Positions 1 to 10,543 of a stretch of 64,000 nucleotides of DNA are shown here, piece by piece. This DNA is from Candidatus Binatia bacterium (GTDB lineage Bacteria > Desulfobacterota > Binatia > Bin18): assembly GCA_963666315.2 (NCBI GenBank), contig CAXXHG010000015.1:1-64000 (forward strand). Reading direction: 5' to 3'. Position 1 is the stretch's first letter. Every line of letters starts with the position of its first letter. The position numbers and the translations under genes were made by a program. The notes below the pieces were generated by a model, which worked only from the letters and a program-made list of their open reading frames with translations, was not told where the DNA came from and ran no database searches.

Positions 1-2609
1 GCGACTCATGGCGCTCGGTGCCAAGAATATGGACACCTCCGGCAGCGACGACTTGGTCCCGTTCCTCACGACAGATGTGCTCGTATCGCGCGAGCCCTTC
101 TTTGAAGTTCTGGCTATAGAGGTCCGGCGCGTTCTCAAGTTGCTCACGGACCTCTTCGAGCACCTGCACGTGTTCTCTCCGTTTGTCCTCGTATAGACTC
201 TCCACTTCAGCAATGGCCTGCTCGTACGGCTTACGCTCTTCTTCGTAATGCCGGTCGGCCTCCTCGTACACGTGCTGGTTCTCTTCGTAGGCGCGGCGTG
301 CTTGTTGGTATTCTTCCTGCACGCGCCCATTGTCACTCAAGGCCGATCCCGCCATCTGCACGATGGACTCGCAGTACGTCTGCAGCCAACGCTCATATCG
401 GCTGCGAACCAGGCCAAATCGCTCAGACGTCGCCGCAGTTGCACCCTCTTCTGTCAGAACGGTGAGCAGGTCGTTACGTGTGGCATGGTACTCGCGCTGC
501 CGCTCTTCATCCAACGCGGGGCCGACAACCTTGTCGTACTCAGACAAGGCCTGTTCATAGGTTTTGCACGTCTCGGTATAGGTTTCCAACTGCTCAGGTA
601 AAAACGCCTCCATCCGCGGCATCAAGCTGCGCGGCTGCCGACCCGTAGTCAGCGCGGGCCTTTTGCAATGTTGCGTGTAAATAGGGCCGATACGTCTCCG
701 TCATCCGCTGCAGGGCGCTATTACTTTCCTCTTCGAAAGGTTTCCAGGCAGGTTCATATTTTTCTCGCGCCTGGGCCATCGCGTCAGTATAGTCCGCACG
801 GATTTCTTCAAGCTGCTCCTCATAACTCTTTTCTGTCTTGTCCGTCTTGGCCCCGGTCTGTGTCCGAGCAGCACTGGCTTTGTTCACCCATTTTTTCTCG
901 ATTTCGGACCGAGCCAAAAACTCCGGATTGCCGCCCAGCAAAATGTCGGTTCCGCGCCCGGCCATATTCGTCGCAATGGTGACGGCACCAAAGCGTCCGG
1001 CCTGGGCAATGATATTCGCCTCGGCTTCATGATTGACGGCATTCAGAACGTTATGCTTGACACCTTTACGCTTGAGCAAGCGGCTGAGGTATTCTGATTT
1101 CTCGACTGATATGGTTCCCACTAAAATGGGCTGGCCGCGGCTATGACAGTCCAGGATGTCTTCAATGACCGCCTCAAATTTCTCCCGCTCCGTTTTATAC
1201 ACTACGTCTGGATAGTCGAGGCGGACCATGGGGCGATTGGGAGGAATAACGAGAACGTCAAGATCGTAAATTTTCTTGAATTCAACCGCCTCAGTGTCGG
1301 CGGTTCCGGTCATCCCGCCAAGCTTACGATACATGCGAAAGTAGTTCTGGATGGTAATGCTCGCAAGCGTTTGATTTTCCTCGCGTATGCGAACTCCCTC
1401 TTTCGCTTCGACGGCCTGGTGCAGGCCATCCGACCAACGACGGCCGGGCATGAGACGGCCGGTAAATTCGTCGACGATCATCACCTCACCGTCTTTGATC
1501 ACGTAGTCGATGTCACGTTTAAACAGCGCGTAGGCTTTGAGGGCTTGATTGACATGGTGCAAGGTCCCAATTTCGGTCGGATCATACAGGTTGCGCACGC
1601 CGAGAATACGCTCAACTTTGGCTATCCCTTCTTCAGTCAGTGTGGCTGCTTTCAATTTTTCATCAACGGCGTAGTCAGATTCTCGCTGCAGGCGGGGAAT
1701 GACCCGGTTAATGCTGTAATATTTCTCGGTCGATTCCTCAGCCGGTCCGGAAATAATCAGCGGCGTACGCGCTTCGTCAATGAGGATATTGTCCACTTCG
1801 TCGACAATAGAATATTGCAGCTCGCGTTGCACATACTCGTCGAGACTGAACTTCATATTGTCGCGCAGATAGTCAAATCCGAACTCATTATTCGTTCCAT
1901 AGGTGATATCCGCCGCGTAGGCTTCCTTGCGGCTCACCGGCCGCAAATTCATATACCGATAATCTTTGACCACATGCGTCGGATCAAAGACAAAGCTCGT
2001 ATCGTGTACGATGGAAGCCGTAGACAGTCCAAGCGCGTAATAAATGGGGCCCATCCATTGTACATCCCGTCGAGCGAGATAGTCGTTGACTGTCACCAGA
2101 TGTGCCCCACGGCCCAGGAGCGCGTTCAGATACAGCGACAGTGTGGCGACCAGGGTTTTTCCTTCGCCCGTTTTCATCTCGGCGATTTTACCCTGGTGGA
2201 GGACAATGCCACCAACGAGTTGGTTATCGAAGTGGCGCATACCAGTCACTCGTCGCGAGACTTCGCGGACTGCGGCGTAGGTATGCGGGAGAATTTCATC
2301 CAGCACATCCGCTTCTGCGGCATGCAACTCTTGCTCAAGCTGTTCGGCTTCCTTCTGAAAATCTTCCCGCCCTTCCCGATCTTCACTTGCGCGGGCCTGT
2401 TGAGTGGCGTCCTTCAGCTGAGAGCGCGTCGCCTGCGTGGCCTCCTGGATCCGGCTCCGAAAAGTGTCGGTCTTGGCTCGCAACTCCTCCAGACTGAGTT
2501 TTTGCAATTCCGCTTCGAACTGATTAATTTTGTCCACCAACGGCTGCATGCGTTTCAGCTCGCGGTCGTTTTTACTGCCGAATACCTTCTGGGCAAGACG
2601 TGATAACAT
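1..2609 (-). CDS. secA: Preprotein translocase SecA (runs off the window start; +1 frameshift near 614)
   Basis: Motifs [30 protein letters not shown] and NMAGRGTDI lie in ORF 594-2609. A second frame open from 613 to the window edge ends in [13 protein letters not shown]. Removing one G at ~614 joins the two frames. Confidence 0.95.
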
Positions 2610-2747
2610 TGTTAATTCACCTGCTTCATTTGTACCTACGCATACCTGACGCAGGATGTGGGCCTCATTATACCAAAGGCTGCTCGTGTGAGGGTATTAT
2701 CAAAAGCATGCGCTATGACCGCTGCAACCTCTCGCCGCTCACTCGCT

Positions 2748-3581
2748 CTATTTTCGGCGCTCAATGCGAACGGCTGATTCAACAACCTCGCCCAGAAAGC
2801 GCGCGCCGACTTTGACAAACTGGTCCGGCATATCCGTGACAAAAAAGGTCGATTCTCCAGAGCTCGAATCTCCTTGCGCATCTCCTGGTCTATAGTGCCG
2901 GACCAGGTCTTTGCTGAGCAAGGTGGCTTTAACGACCCGTGCTGTTTCCTCAGCCGAGTCCACTAAACGCACCCCGTCTCCAAGGAAGGCTGCAATCACG
3001 TTTTTTAACAAAGGATAATGGGTACAGCCTAAAATCAGGGTATCGATGCCGCTCCGTTTAAGGCTGCCGAGATAGGCGGCGACAGTTAAGCGTGCCACCT
3101 CGTTTTCTACCCAGCCTTCCTCGACCAGCGGCACAAACAACGGGCACGGACGTGTATAGATCTCAACATCCAGGTCAACGGTACGCAAGGCCCGCGTATA
3201 GGCACGACTCGCAATCGTGGCCTCCGTCCCGATGACGCCGATTCTGCGGTTCGTACTCCAGTCCAGCGCCGCTTGTGCGCCCGGCTCGATCACCCCGATT
3301 ACTGGCATCTCGTAGCGTTCGCGCAATGCCTCCAGCGCAACCGCAGATACCGTATTGCAGGCGACAACCAGCATTTTTATGCCACGTTCAACCAGAAAAT
3401 CACTATTCTCGCACGCGTATTGGGCCACAATATCATGGGATTTCGTTCCATACGGACAACGTGCGGTGTCACCCAGATAGACCAGACGCTCATCCGGAAG
3501 GAGATGCGCAATCTGCTGCAAAACCGTCAACCCGCCGATCCCTGAATCAAATATCCCGATGGACGCATTCTTTAGCACCAA
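2748..3581 (-). CDS. murI: Glutamate racemase
   Basis: IGIFDSGIGGLTV, VACNT and LGCTHYP motifs. Confidence 0.97.
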   Translation of the reverse strand: MVLKNASIGIFDSGIGGLTVLQQIAHLLPDERLVYLGDTARCPYGTKSHDIVAQYACENSDFLVERGIKMLVVACNTVSAVALEALRERYEMPVIGVIEPGAQAALDWSTNRRIGVIGTEATIASRAYTRALRTVDLDVEIYTRPCPLFVPLVEEGWVENEVARLTVAAYLGSLKRSGIDTLILGCTHYPLLKNVIAAFLGDGVRLVDSAEETARVVKATLLSKDLVRHYRPGDAQGDSSSGESTFFVTDMPDQFVKVGARFLGEVVESAVRIERRK

Positions 3582-3662
3582 ACCTACTCCTTGTGTGATT
3601 ACTTAATCAGCATCCTGGCCGAGGGCAAGAGCATAGCGAAATAAGGCAAAAGCTCAGGGACA

Positions 3663-4328
3663 TTGGCAACGTGGGTGTCTTTCTGTAATGGGAACCCCAT
3701 GTCTCGCGTTTCCAGGTCTCGCGTTCGCCCCCAGCTCAGCAGCATGCTGCTTTTCGTAGGGCTCCTTTCAGGAAGCTGGGTCTCGTGTCTGCCCGTTCAC
3801 ACATCTCCGCCTGCACGGATTACAGCCCACAACCATATCCCTCGACGTGTTGACCCGGAAATATCCCTGCCGTGGGGACAAGACGAAGCCGTCTTGCTTA
3901 TCGTCGACAAGAGCTGCAAGACACTGCAAGGCTATCATTATGGTGAACTCATGCGCACCTACCCTATTGTCCTTGGGCGAAGACCGCGGGCAAAGCTATA
4001 CGAAGGCGATAGGCGCACCCCAACCGGCCTGTACATGATCATAGGCAAACCACACCATTCGCGCTGGTCCCGCTTTATGCACTTGGACTATCCCTCACCA
4101 TCCGACCTGCATCGGTACCGCGTAGGAGTCGCACGAGGTCATGTTCCGAGACGGCGAGCTGGCTATCCTGGAACCGGTGGGGCCATAGGCCTGCATGGAA
4201 CGGACAAGCAATTCTTTAATGAGGTCGGCTACAACTGGACGCTCGGCCTCATTTCTTTATTTAACCATGATATCCGCGAACTGCACGCGACTGTCCCCAC
4301 TGGAACTCTCGTGTATATCAGAGAGTGA
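3663..4328 (+). CDS. L,D-transpeptidase (YkuD) family protein with the catalytic Cys replaced by Leu; start uncertain
   Basis: Motifs IVDKS, EGDRRTPTG, LDYP and GGAIGLHGT...WTLGLISL (family pattern HGT...WTxGCIxL). Confidence 0.85.
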   Translation: MATWVSFCNGNPMSRVSRSRVRPQLSSMLLFVGLLSGSWVSCLPVHTSPPARITAHNHIPRRVDPEISLPWGQDEAVLLIVDKSCKTLQGYHYGELMRTYPIVLGRRPRAKLYEGDRRTPTGLYMIIGKPHHSRWSRFMHLDYPSPSDLHRYRVGVARGHVPRRRAGYPGTGGAIGLHGTDKQFFNEVGYNWTLGLISLFNHDIRELHATVPTGTLVYIRE

Positions 4329-4504
4329 TTTTGAACCTGACGATTTTCCATATTGCCATCTAACAGTGTGTTATTTATGTTTTACATCCTAGAAGTTACA
4401 TTTAGAAAGATTTCGGTTTTCCCTCTAACTGTGTGATATTTTTCTGCTTTCACATCATACAAATTGCCTCATAAATACCGATCTTCTTCATCTTCTGCTT
4501 TATT

Positions 4505-4520
4505 TGTTTCACGCGAAACA
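4505..4520. promoter_or_regulatory. parS centromere-like site
   Basis: TGTTTCACGCGAAACA matches the consensus TGTTTCACGTGAAACA at 15/16 positions and is intergenic. Confidence 0.75.
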
Positions 4521-4794
4521 TTTCATCCTACGAACACACAAATAGTTTCCTTCGCAGCCCCACTGCGTCAACCTACCCGTACTCCCTTCATAGACGTAGC
4601 TGGGGGTATCGGCGGCGCCATCGCGGTAGCACTCTGTGTATTCTCCTCGCCCTGGCCCTCATCCTCCCGTAGACATCGAACACGCACGTATTTTTCACCC
4701 TCGGGCGTAGAAGAGAAATTCCTATACTCCACCCTACGAAGGCATACCGTTCGCTGCGGATAAAAAGGATTAGCCTTTTCCACCAAAGGCTTAA

Positions 4795-5770
4795 TTACTC
4801 TCCGAACGTCTCAACAATAAGACGATGATTTTCACGCACCCGGTCGGCTTTCACTCCAGTCGCGGGTGTCTAAAGAATCGGTAAATCAACTACGTCTTGC
4901 CACTTATAAATCTGCTCACGACATTCATCCGGTGTGCCGGCAATAGCGATTTGTTCGATCATATCGTCAGTGACCGCCGCCGCCATCTCGGGCAGGTTGA
5001 AGGTTTTGAAAAGCTCCCAGATAGCAAGCTTCTGTTGCTCCCAGCCATGCAAGTTCAGGATTCCTTGATATGATTTCACGGATGCGTAGAAGGCTATTTG
5101 GTTCTTGGCTTCTTGTATGGCTTGCGCACGGTTGTGGCTGATAGCCGTGATAAGCAGCGTTGTGACATCAATATCCTTACGTGTTGGACCGGCACGTTTG
5201 GCACCAATCTCAAGCTGGGGTTGAATGAATTCAGCCAAGTATTTTTGGCTGTAGAGAGGGTGTCCGACGAGCCCATCGGCGACCTCACTGATTGTCCGCA
5301 ACATGCCTTTCTGGACTCTAGCCAGGTAGAGCGGAATGCGGTCGCGCACACTATACGGCCGTGAGTAGGCCGGGATATGCAGACGGCAGCCCATATTTTT
5401 CGAATCAATGCAAAGCACTCTTTCATCTTAGCGGCAGAGCGAGGCTCGTAGGGTTCGCCATACCACATTTCATTCATAGATCGGGTGCCGCTCTGCCCAG
5501 CCCAAGGATCATACGGCCATTGGAGAGCTCATCAAGATCCATTGCCCCGGCCGCATTCAGCACTGGATTGCGCATATAGGCGTAAGCAATTCCTGCAGCA
5601 ATCTTGGTACGCTTTGTACATGTCGCCACAGTCGCCAGGGTGACGAGACTATTGCGATTAAAAAACTCACCGTTCCAGACCGAATCAAAACCAGCCTCGT
5701 CTTCGAGCTGGGCGATCTCCAGCATGTCGCTCAGCGTGGGAGTAAAGAGAGCGATGGCGATGCGTTGCAA
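4795..5770 (-). pseudogene. LLM-class flavin-dependent oxidoreductase pseudogene
   Basis: LLM pieces (EAGFDSVW, LDELSNGRMILGLG, ADGLVGHP, AGTPDEC) are spread over 3 frames. An in-frame TAG at 4870-4872 precedes the natural C-terminus (...LIVETFGE). RBS GGAGG plus a TTG start. Confidence 0.85.
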
Positions 5771-5959
5771 AACTCCTCCTCAAACCTGACAAAAGAGTAA
5801 TCATTAGACTTACAATAGGCATTCGCATGAATCTAGAAAGAATTGGAAAACAGATAGATAAGACACAGAGAGAGAAGTCTGTTCTATCTTGGGGTAAATC
5901 TAATCTTTTACTTTAGATAAACCGCCTGCCTAAAGAGTGATTCTTCTGAAACAGAGCTA

Positions 5960-6712
5960 CTATACCAAGACCTGTCCGCCGCACACCGGCATATAGTGGC
6001 CGGTGACAAAGCTGCCCAATTCGGAGGCAAAGAAAAGCGCGGCATTGGCTGTATCTTCCACCGTCCCGGTTCGACGCAACGGGACCTTGTTTTCGTGCTT
6101 TTCCTGAGCTTCGCCCGTGAGCATGGCTTTGACCTCGGGGGTCAAAGTGAGTCCAGGGGAGACAATATTGGCCGTGATATTATACGCGCCGACCTCGACC
6201 GCCAGGTTACGCGTAAAACCCAACATGCCCGTCTTGGCTGCGGTATAGGCATGATAGTTGGGCCCGGGTTGGTGTATGCCTATCGTATTAATGCTGATGA
6301 TCCGGCCCCAACGACGGGCTTTCATCCCGGGGAGAACCGCTTGAGAGCATAAGAAGGCCGCTTTTACCGTAGTATCAAGTTGATACTGCCATTCGGCCCA
6401 TGTCATGTCTTGAAAGGATTTCTGAGGAATACCGCCAGCATAATTGCTAACCAAGATGTCAACCTGACCGAATTGCTTTTCAGTTTGGTTAACCATATCT
6501 GAGACTTGAGCCTCATCGGTAATGTCGGCTTTGACAAATAGCACCTGCCCACCTGCCGCCTCAATTTCTTCGAGTACTTGTTGAGGATGGCCTTCGTCTT
6601 TGACTTGGTTAATGACGACCTTCGCTCCTTCGCGGGCGAATACGCGGGCAATCCCGGCCCCCGTACCACGTACAGAGCCAGTGATAACGGCAACTTTGTC
6701 GGTTAAGAGCAT
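5960..6712 (-). CDS. SDR family oxidoreductase (FabG-like)
   Basis: TGSVRGTG, YTAAK and NIVSPG motifs; ATG at 6712. Confidence 0.92.
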   Translation of the reverse strand: MLLTDKVAVITGSVRGTGAGIARVFAREGAKVVINQVKDEGHPQQVLEEIEAAGGQVLFVKADITDEAQVSDMVNQTEKQFGQVDILVSNYAGGIPQKSFQDMTWAEWQYQLDTTVKAAFLCSQAVLPGMKARRWGRIISINTIGIHQPGPNYHAYTAAKTGMLGFTRNLAVEVGAYNITANIVSPGLTLTPEVKAMLTGEAQEKHENKVPLRRTGTVEDTANAALFFASELGSFVTGHYMPVCGGQVLV

Positions 6713-6740
6713 GGAATTATTCCTCACCGGGAAACCACGC

Positions 6741-7892
6741 CTAGCCTGCCGGCAGGCCAAGACCGCGCATGGCAATGATATTACGCAGAATATTGCTCGT
6801 TCCACCCTGGATGGTGTAGGCCGGGGCGTACAGATATTCGCGCGCGGCGCGACCAGCCAGGCGTGCATGCAGAGAATCCGGCATTAACACAGCATAATCA
6901 CCAAGCAATTCACTCGCAAACTTGGCAATACGCTGTTCGACCTCTGTGCAGAAGCATTTCGCCAAAGCGGCTTGGTAATTCGGGACGATCTTTTGGGTCA
7001 GATACCAGGCAACTTTGTAGACCATGGAACGACCAAGATCGAGCTCGATTTGCAGTTGCGCCAGCGTGTCCCGGATTAATGGATCTTTGGTTAACCCCTG
7101 CTCTTTGGCGTAGAAAATCGCGTCTTTAAAGAGTCGATAGTTGCTCAGCAGGCGCTCAATGCCGCTGCGTTCATAGTCGAGCTGTGAGGCAATCTGATAC
7201 CAGCCGCGATTTTTCTCCCCGATCAGCCCATTTTTGGGAACCTCCACATTATCAAAGAATACTTCGTTAAAGTGGTGTTCACCGGTCACATCGATCAGCG
7301 GCCGGACGTCAATACCCGGGGTCTTCATATCGACCATGAATTCGCTAATGCCCTTATGCTTGGGAACATCCGGGTCCGTCCGAGCAACCAGATAGACATA
7401 ATCGGCGACGTGGGCGAAGCTGGTCCAAATCTTTTGCCCGTTCAATCGATAGTGATCACCCTCTTCGTCGGCCCGGGTTCGGAGGGAAGCCAGATCAGAG
7501 CCAGCGTCCGGCTCACTCATCCCTAGACAAAAGACAATTGCCCCCTTGCAGACTTGGGGGAGGATTTCCCGCCTTTGTTCTTCAGTGCCATGGGCCAAGA
7601 GCGCGGGTCCGACTTGGCGGTCGCCGAGCCAATGGGCAGCCACCGGAGCACCCGCTCGCAGTAGTTCTTCGGTGAGAATTAAACGATCAAGATAGGATTT
7701 CTCCTGCCCGCCATATTGTTTCGGCCAGGTCAGTCCGATCCAACCTTGCTGACCCAACTTGCGAGAGAATTCCCGTGAATAGCCATTAATCCAGCCATCT
7801 TCGACCGCAACATCGGCCGGGACTTCAGTAGAGAGAAACTCCCGAATTTCGGTCCGAAATGCCTCTTGTTCTGGGCTCAGAGAAAAATCCAT
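6741..7892 (-). CDS. Acyl-CoA dehydrogenase family protein
   Basis: GMSEPDAGSDL, NGQKIWTS, FNEVFFDNV and TIQGGTSNI motifs. Confidence 0.95.
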   Translation of the reverse strand: MDFSLSPEQEAFRTEIREFLSTEVPADVAVEDGWINGYSREFSRKLGQQGWIGLTWPKQYGGQEKSYLDRLILTEELLRAGAPVAAHWLGDRQVGPALLAHGTEEQRREILPQVCKGAIVFCLGMSEPDAGSDLASLRTRADEEGDHYRLNGQKIWTSFAHVADYVYLVARTDPDVPKHKGISEFMVDMKTPGIDVRPLIDVTGEHHFNEVFFDNVEVPKNGLIGEKNRGWYQIASQLDYERSGIERLLSNYRLFKDAIFYAKEQGLTKDPLIRDTLAQLQIELDLGRSMVYKVAWYLTQKIVPNYQAALAKCFCTEVEQRIAKFASELLGDYAVLMPDSLHARLAGRAAREYLYAPAYTIQGGTSNILRNIIAMRGLGLPAG

Positions 7893-7919
7893 ACGCTCTC
7901 CTGGTTAGGCATGATTCTC

Positions 7920-10154
7920 CTACGTTCCAGAGGCAATCAACACGTCAGAATCTCGGTAACATTGTAAATGGAGGGCAAAAAAGCTGACATCATCGAAGTG
8001 CTGGGAGATAATCCAGGTCTGGTCTATCTCCGTACTGACCTGGGGCAGAGCTTCGAGTGTTTTTCTCGTCCGTTGAGCGTCAAAGAAGGCAAACGGTTCA
8101 TCAAAGATAATAAACTCGGCCCCACATAACGACGAAGCAATCAACGCCTGAGACAAAGACAAGCGCACCGCCAGCATGACCTGATTATAGGTGCCGCCTG
8201 AAATTTCGTTTAAACCAATGAAATTCCCCTTCTCATTCGACCATATCTGTAGATCCAGATTTTTATCAATCTGCATGGTTTCATAACGGCCGTCCGTCAG
8301 TTGCGGCATGATCTTGCTGACGACATGGCGCATTTCGAGGTTAAATCGGCCGAATAATCGTCCATGCGAGCCGGCCAAGAGTTTTTGCGCAACACGCCGG
8401 ACTTCGATTTGACGCGTTTTTGTCTTCAGGTCGGCCTGGAATGCTGTTACTTGCTGATCGAGCAGGGCGGCTTTATGGAGTCGCGCTGCTTCCCTTTCAA
8501 TCTTCTGGTCTAATCGCGTCAGGTCTTGCTGGGTTGTCGAGATAGTCGATTCTGTCGACTGAATCTGTGTTTTGATGCGCTCGCCAATAACCTGGGCATC
8601 TTCCTGGCAGGTCTTGAGGGCAGCCTGCAGTGGAGAGATAAATGCGGACACAGCCTCAGCCTGAAGTAAAGAGGCCCCCGGTCCGTTCGCAAACTGATCA
8701 ACCACGAGACTCAGATGCGCATCATCACATCGGCGCAGACCCGCTACTTCTGCCGACAGCGACTGCGAAGGCAGATCATCCAGCACCTGGATTTTCGCTC
8801 GGATCTCTTTCTCTTCAGCGTCTAAATGTGCCGTCTCTTGCTGCACAGCCAACCTGCGCCCGGACAAGACGAAGACAACCACAAGGCAGAAGAGACACAA
8901 GCCACTACTCAGCAGCGCTGCCACAAAGAGAGGCGTGTTAAACGCAGGGCTGAGCTGAAGATCCTGCATGAGCCATTGTCCGACGGCATGATCCGGCCCG
9001 TGGTTGAGAAACCACAATGCGCCCCACGCTCCAGCCATGAACAACAGCGCGGCGACAAAGCCCACAAGAGCCCTCGTTCGTGTACTCTCCACGCCGCTTA
9101 CCTGACTTGTCGCCAGTACACGCTGGTCTCGTAGAGAAAGCGCATCAGCCGTAGACGGTCTCTCTCCGTCACCAACCAACCACTCAAGAGAGGAGCGGTG
9201 TGCCGCCGTCTCGTCGCGTACCAGATGGAAGGCCTGCAAACGACTGCGGAGATCATCCAGCCACGATTGCAAGGCCCCGGTCAGTCGTGGCGTCGATCCA
9301 GGTTCCGCGCGCTCGCTCGCCGTATGGACATTTTGAATGGCTCGATCGAGCTGAAGCACATGTTGCAACCACTGTGTAAAACTGGTGTGGGTTCCGGCCT
9401 GGTCTATCTTTGCGACCGGCTCAGCAGTCTGTGCCGTCGCGACATATACACCATCGCCGAGCGCTCTTCGTTCTTCATTGGCGGCTTCATGGCCGGCAAC
9501 CACTTGTGCTTGGGCGTTCCGCTCAGCCGTCAACTGCAGCAAGACATCGGCCTGAATATTGAGTTCGGTACGTTGACGCCGAGCCTCAGCAACGTGCCCA
9601 TTGAGCAGTGCAAGCTCCTCTTGTGCCTTGTGGATATCCTGCTCGCATTCTGCAGCAATGCGCTCAAACGTCTCCACCCCAGCTAACGTCTTGGCTGTCT
9701 GTTGGAGAATTTGGGGCGTCGCCAAATTCCGCTGGGCTAAATAAAATGAGTCAATAAACTGTTGGTAGGCAAACCCGCCGAGTTGCACGATATGCTGGTT
9801 GACGGCTCGAATGCCTCGGACCAAAGGTTCTTGTTCTCCGCTCCGTCGTAGCTGGGCAGTGTTATGTCCTTCAGCATCAAAGGAGCGCGTAATGTGGTAG
9901 GCATGTCCGTCTTTTGCCACACACTCGAGAGTAACAGAACCACCGAACTCACCCCACTTGATATTCTTACTGATGTCCTCCTCATCGAGTGAGAAGGTCC
10001 GACCAAAGAGGGCTAAACAAATGACTTCGGCAATAGTGGTTTTGCCGGACTCATTCGAGCCACTCACCCCAATCAAGCCCCGTCGGGGTATATTGGTCAG
10101 TTTCAGCTCAGCGTAGCGAAGCACATTTTTCGCATGCACAGCTGTAATAATCAT
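7920..10154 (-). CDS. SbcC/Rad50/YhaN-like SMC-type ATPase with two central transmembrane helices
   Basis: Walker A GSNESGKTT, long coiled coils, two hydrophobic segments mid-protein, signature ISGG, Walker B IIFDEPF. Confidence 0.85.
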   Translation of the reverse strand: MIITAVHAKNVLRYAELKLTNIPRRGLIGVSGSNESGKTTIAEVICLALFGRTFSLDEEDISKNIKWGEFGGSVTLECVAKDGHAYHITRSFDAEGHNTAQLRRSGEQEPLVRGIRAVNQHIVQLGGFAYQQFIDSFYLAQRNLATPQILQQTAKTLAGVETFERIAAECEQDIHKAQEELALLNGHVAEARRQRTELNIQADVLLQLTAERNAQAQVVAGHEAANEERRALGDGVYVATAQTAEPVAKIDQAGTHTSFTQWLQHVLQLDRAIQNVHTASERAEPGSTPRLTGALQSWLDDLRSRLQAFHLVRDETAAHRSSLEWLVGDGERPSTADALSLRDQRVLATSQVSGVESTRTRALVGFVAALLFMAGAWGALWFLNHGPDHAVGQWLMQDLQLSPAFNTPLFVAALLSSGLCLFCLVVVFVLSGRRLAVQQETAHLDAEEKEIRAKIQVLDDLPSQSLSAEVAGLRRCDDAHLSLVVDQFANGPGASLLQAEAVSAFISPLQAALKTCQEDAQVIGERIKTQIQSTESTISTTQQDLTRLDQKIEREAARLHKAALLDQQVTAFQADLKTKTRQIEVRRVAQKLLAGSHGRLFGRFNLEMRHVVSKIMPQLTDGRYETMQIDKNLDLQIWSNEKGNFIGLNEISGGTYNQVMLAVRLSLSQALIASSLCGAEFIIFDEPFAFFDAQRTRKTLEALPQVSTEIDQTWIISQHFDDVSFFALHLQCYRDSDVLIASGT

Positions 10155-10366
10155 GAGCGCTGCCTCGACTCATTGAGCTCATGTGGCTCATTCTGGCTCA
10201 GCTTTCGAAAAACAAGCGCAACAGCTTCTTGGTAGAGTTGCTCGTCAAAACCCGGATTGTCGCCGCGTAGGCGTTCAATTTCTGCTTGGCTATAAATTTC
10301 AAACTCTTCGGCAAGCTTACTGAGACGAAATTCTTTTATGAGTATCTGATCATCGGCATTTGCCAC
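10151..10366 (-). CDS. Small acidic hypothetical protein, translationally coupled to the SMC-like gene
   Basis: GGAGG RBS before GTG 10366; the stop overlaps the downstream ATG (ATGA). Confidence 0.6.
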   Translation of the reverse strand: MANADDQILIKEFRLSKLAEEFEIYSQAEIERLRGDNPGFDEQLYQEAVALVFRKLSQNEPHELNESRQRS

Positions 10367-10543
10367 TCCAGCCTCCCTTGTCACAATTCGTAGCATTAGT
10401 ATCAATTTTTAGTAGACGCCCAGAGTCGTTTACAACGGCCACCAGCGGTCAAGAGATAAAGCAGTTTGAGACCTGATGCAAGGGAAGGTGCGACAAGAAT
10501 GTCGCTAGGGAAAGCGCGACAAAACAGGCCGTATTCGACCCTC

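Noticed and set aside
43-920. SecA insertion as an intein
   Set aside because: No Cys/Ser start with His-Asn end and no LAGLIDADG motifs; composition is coiled-coil-like.
1143-2603. Long antisense ORFs (also 15931-16602, 46135-46917, 53545-54300)
   Set aside because: These are shadows of well-supported genes on the opposite strand and have no motifs of their own.
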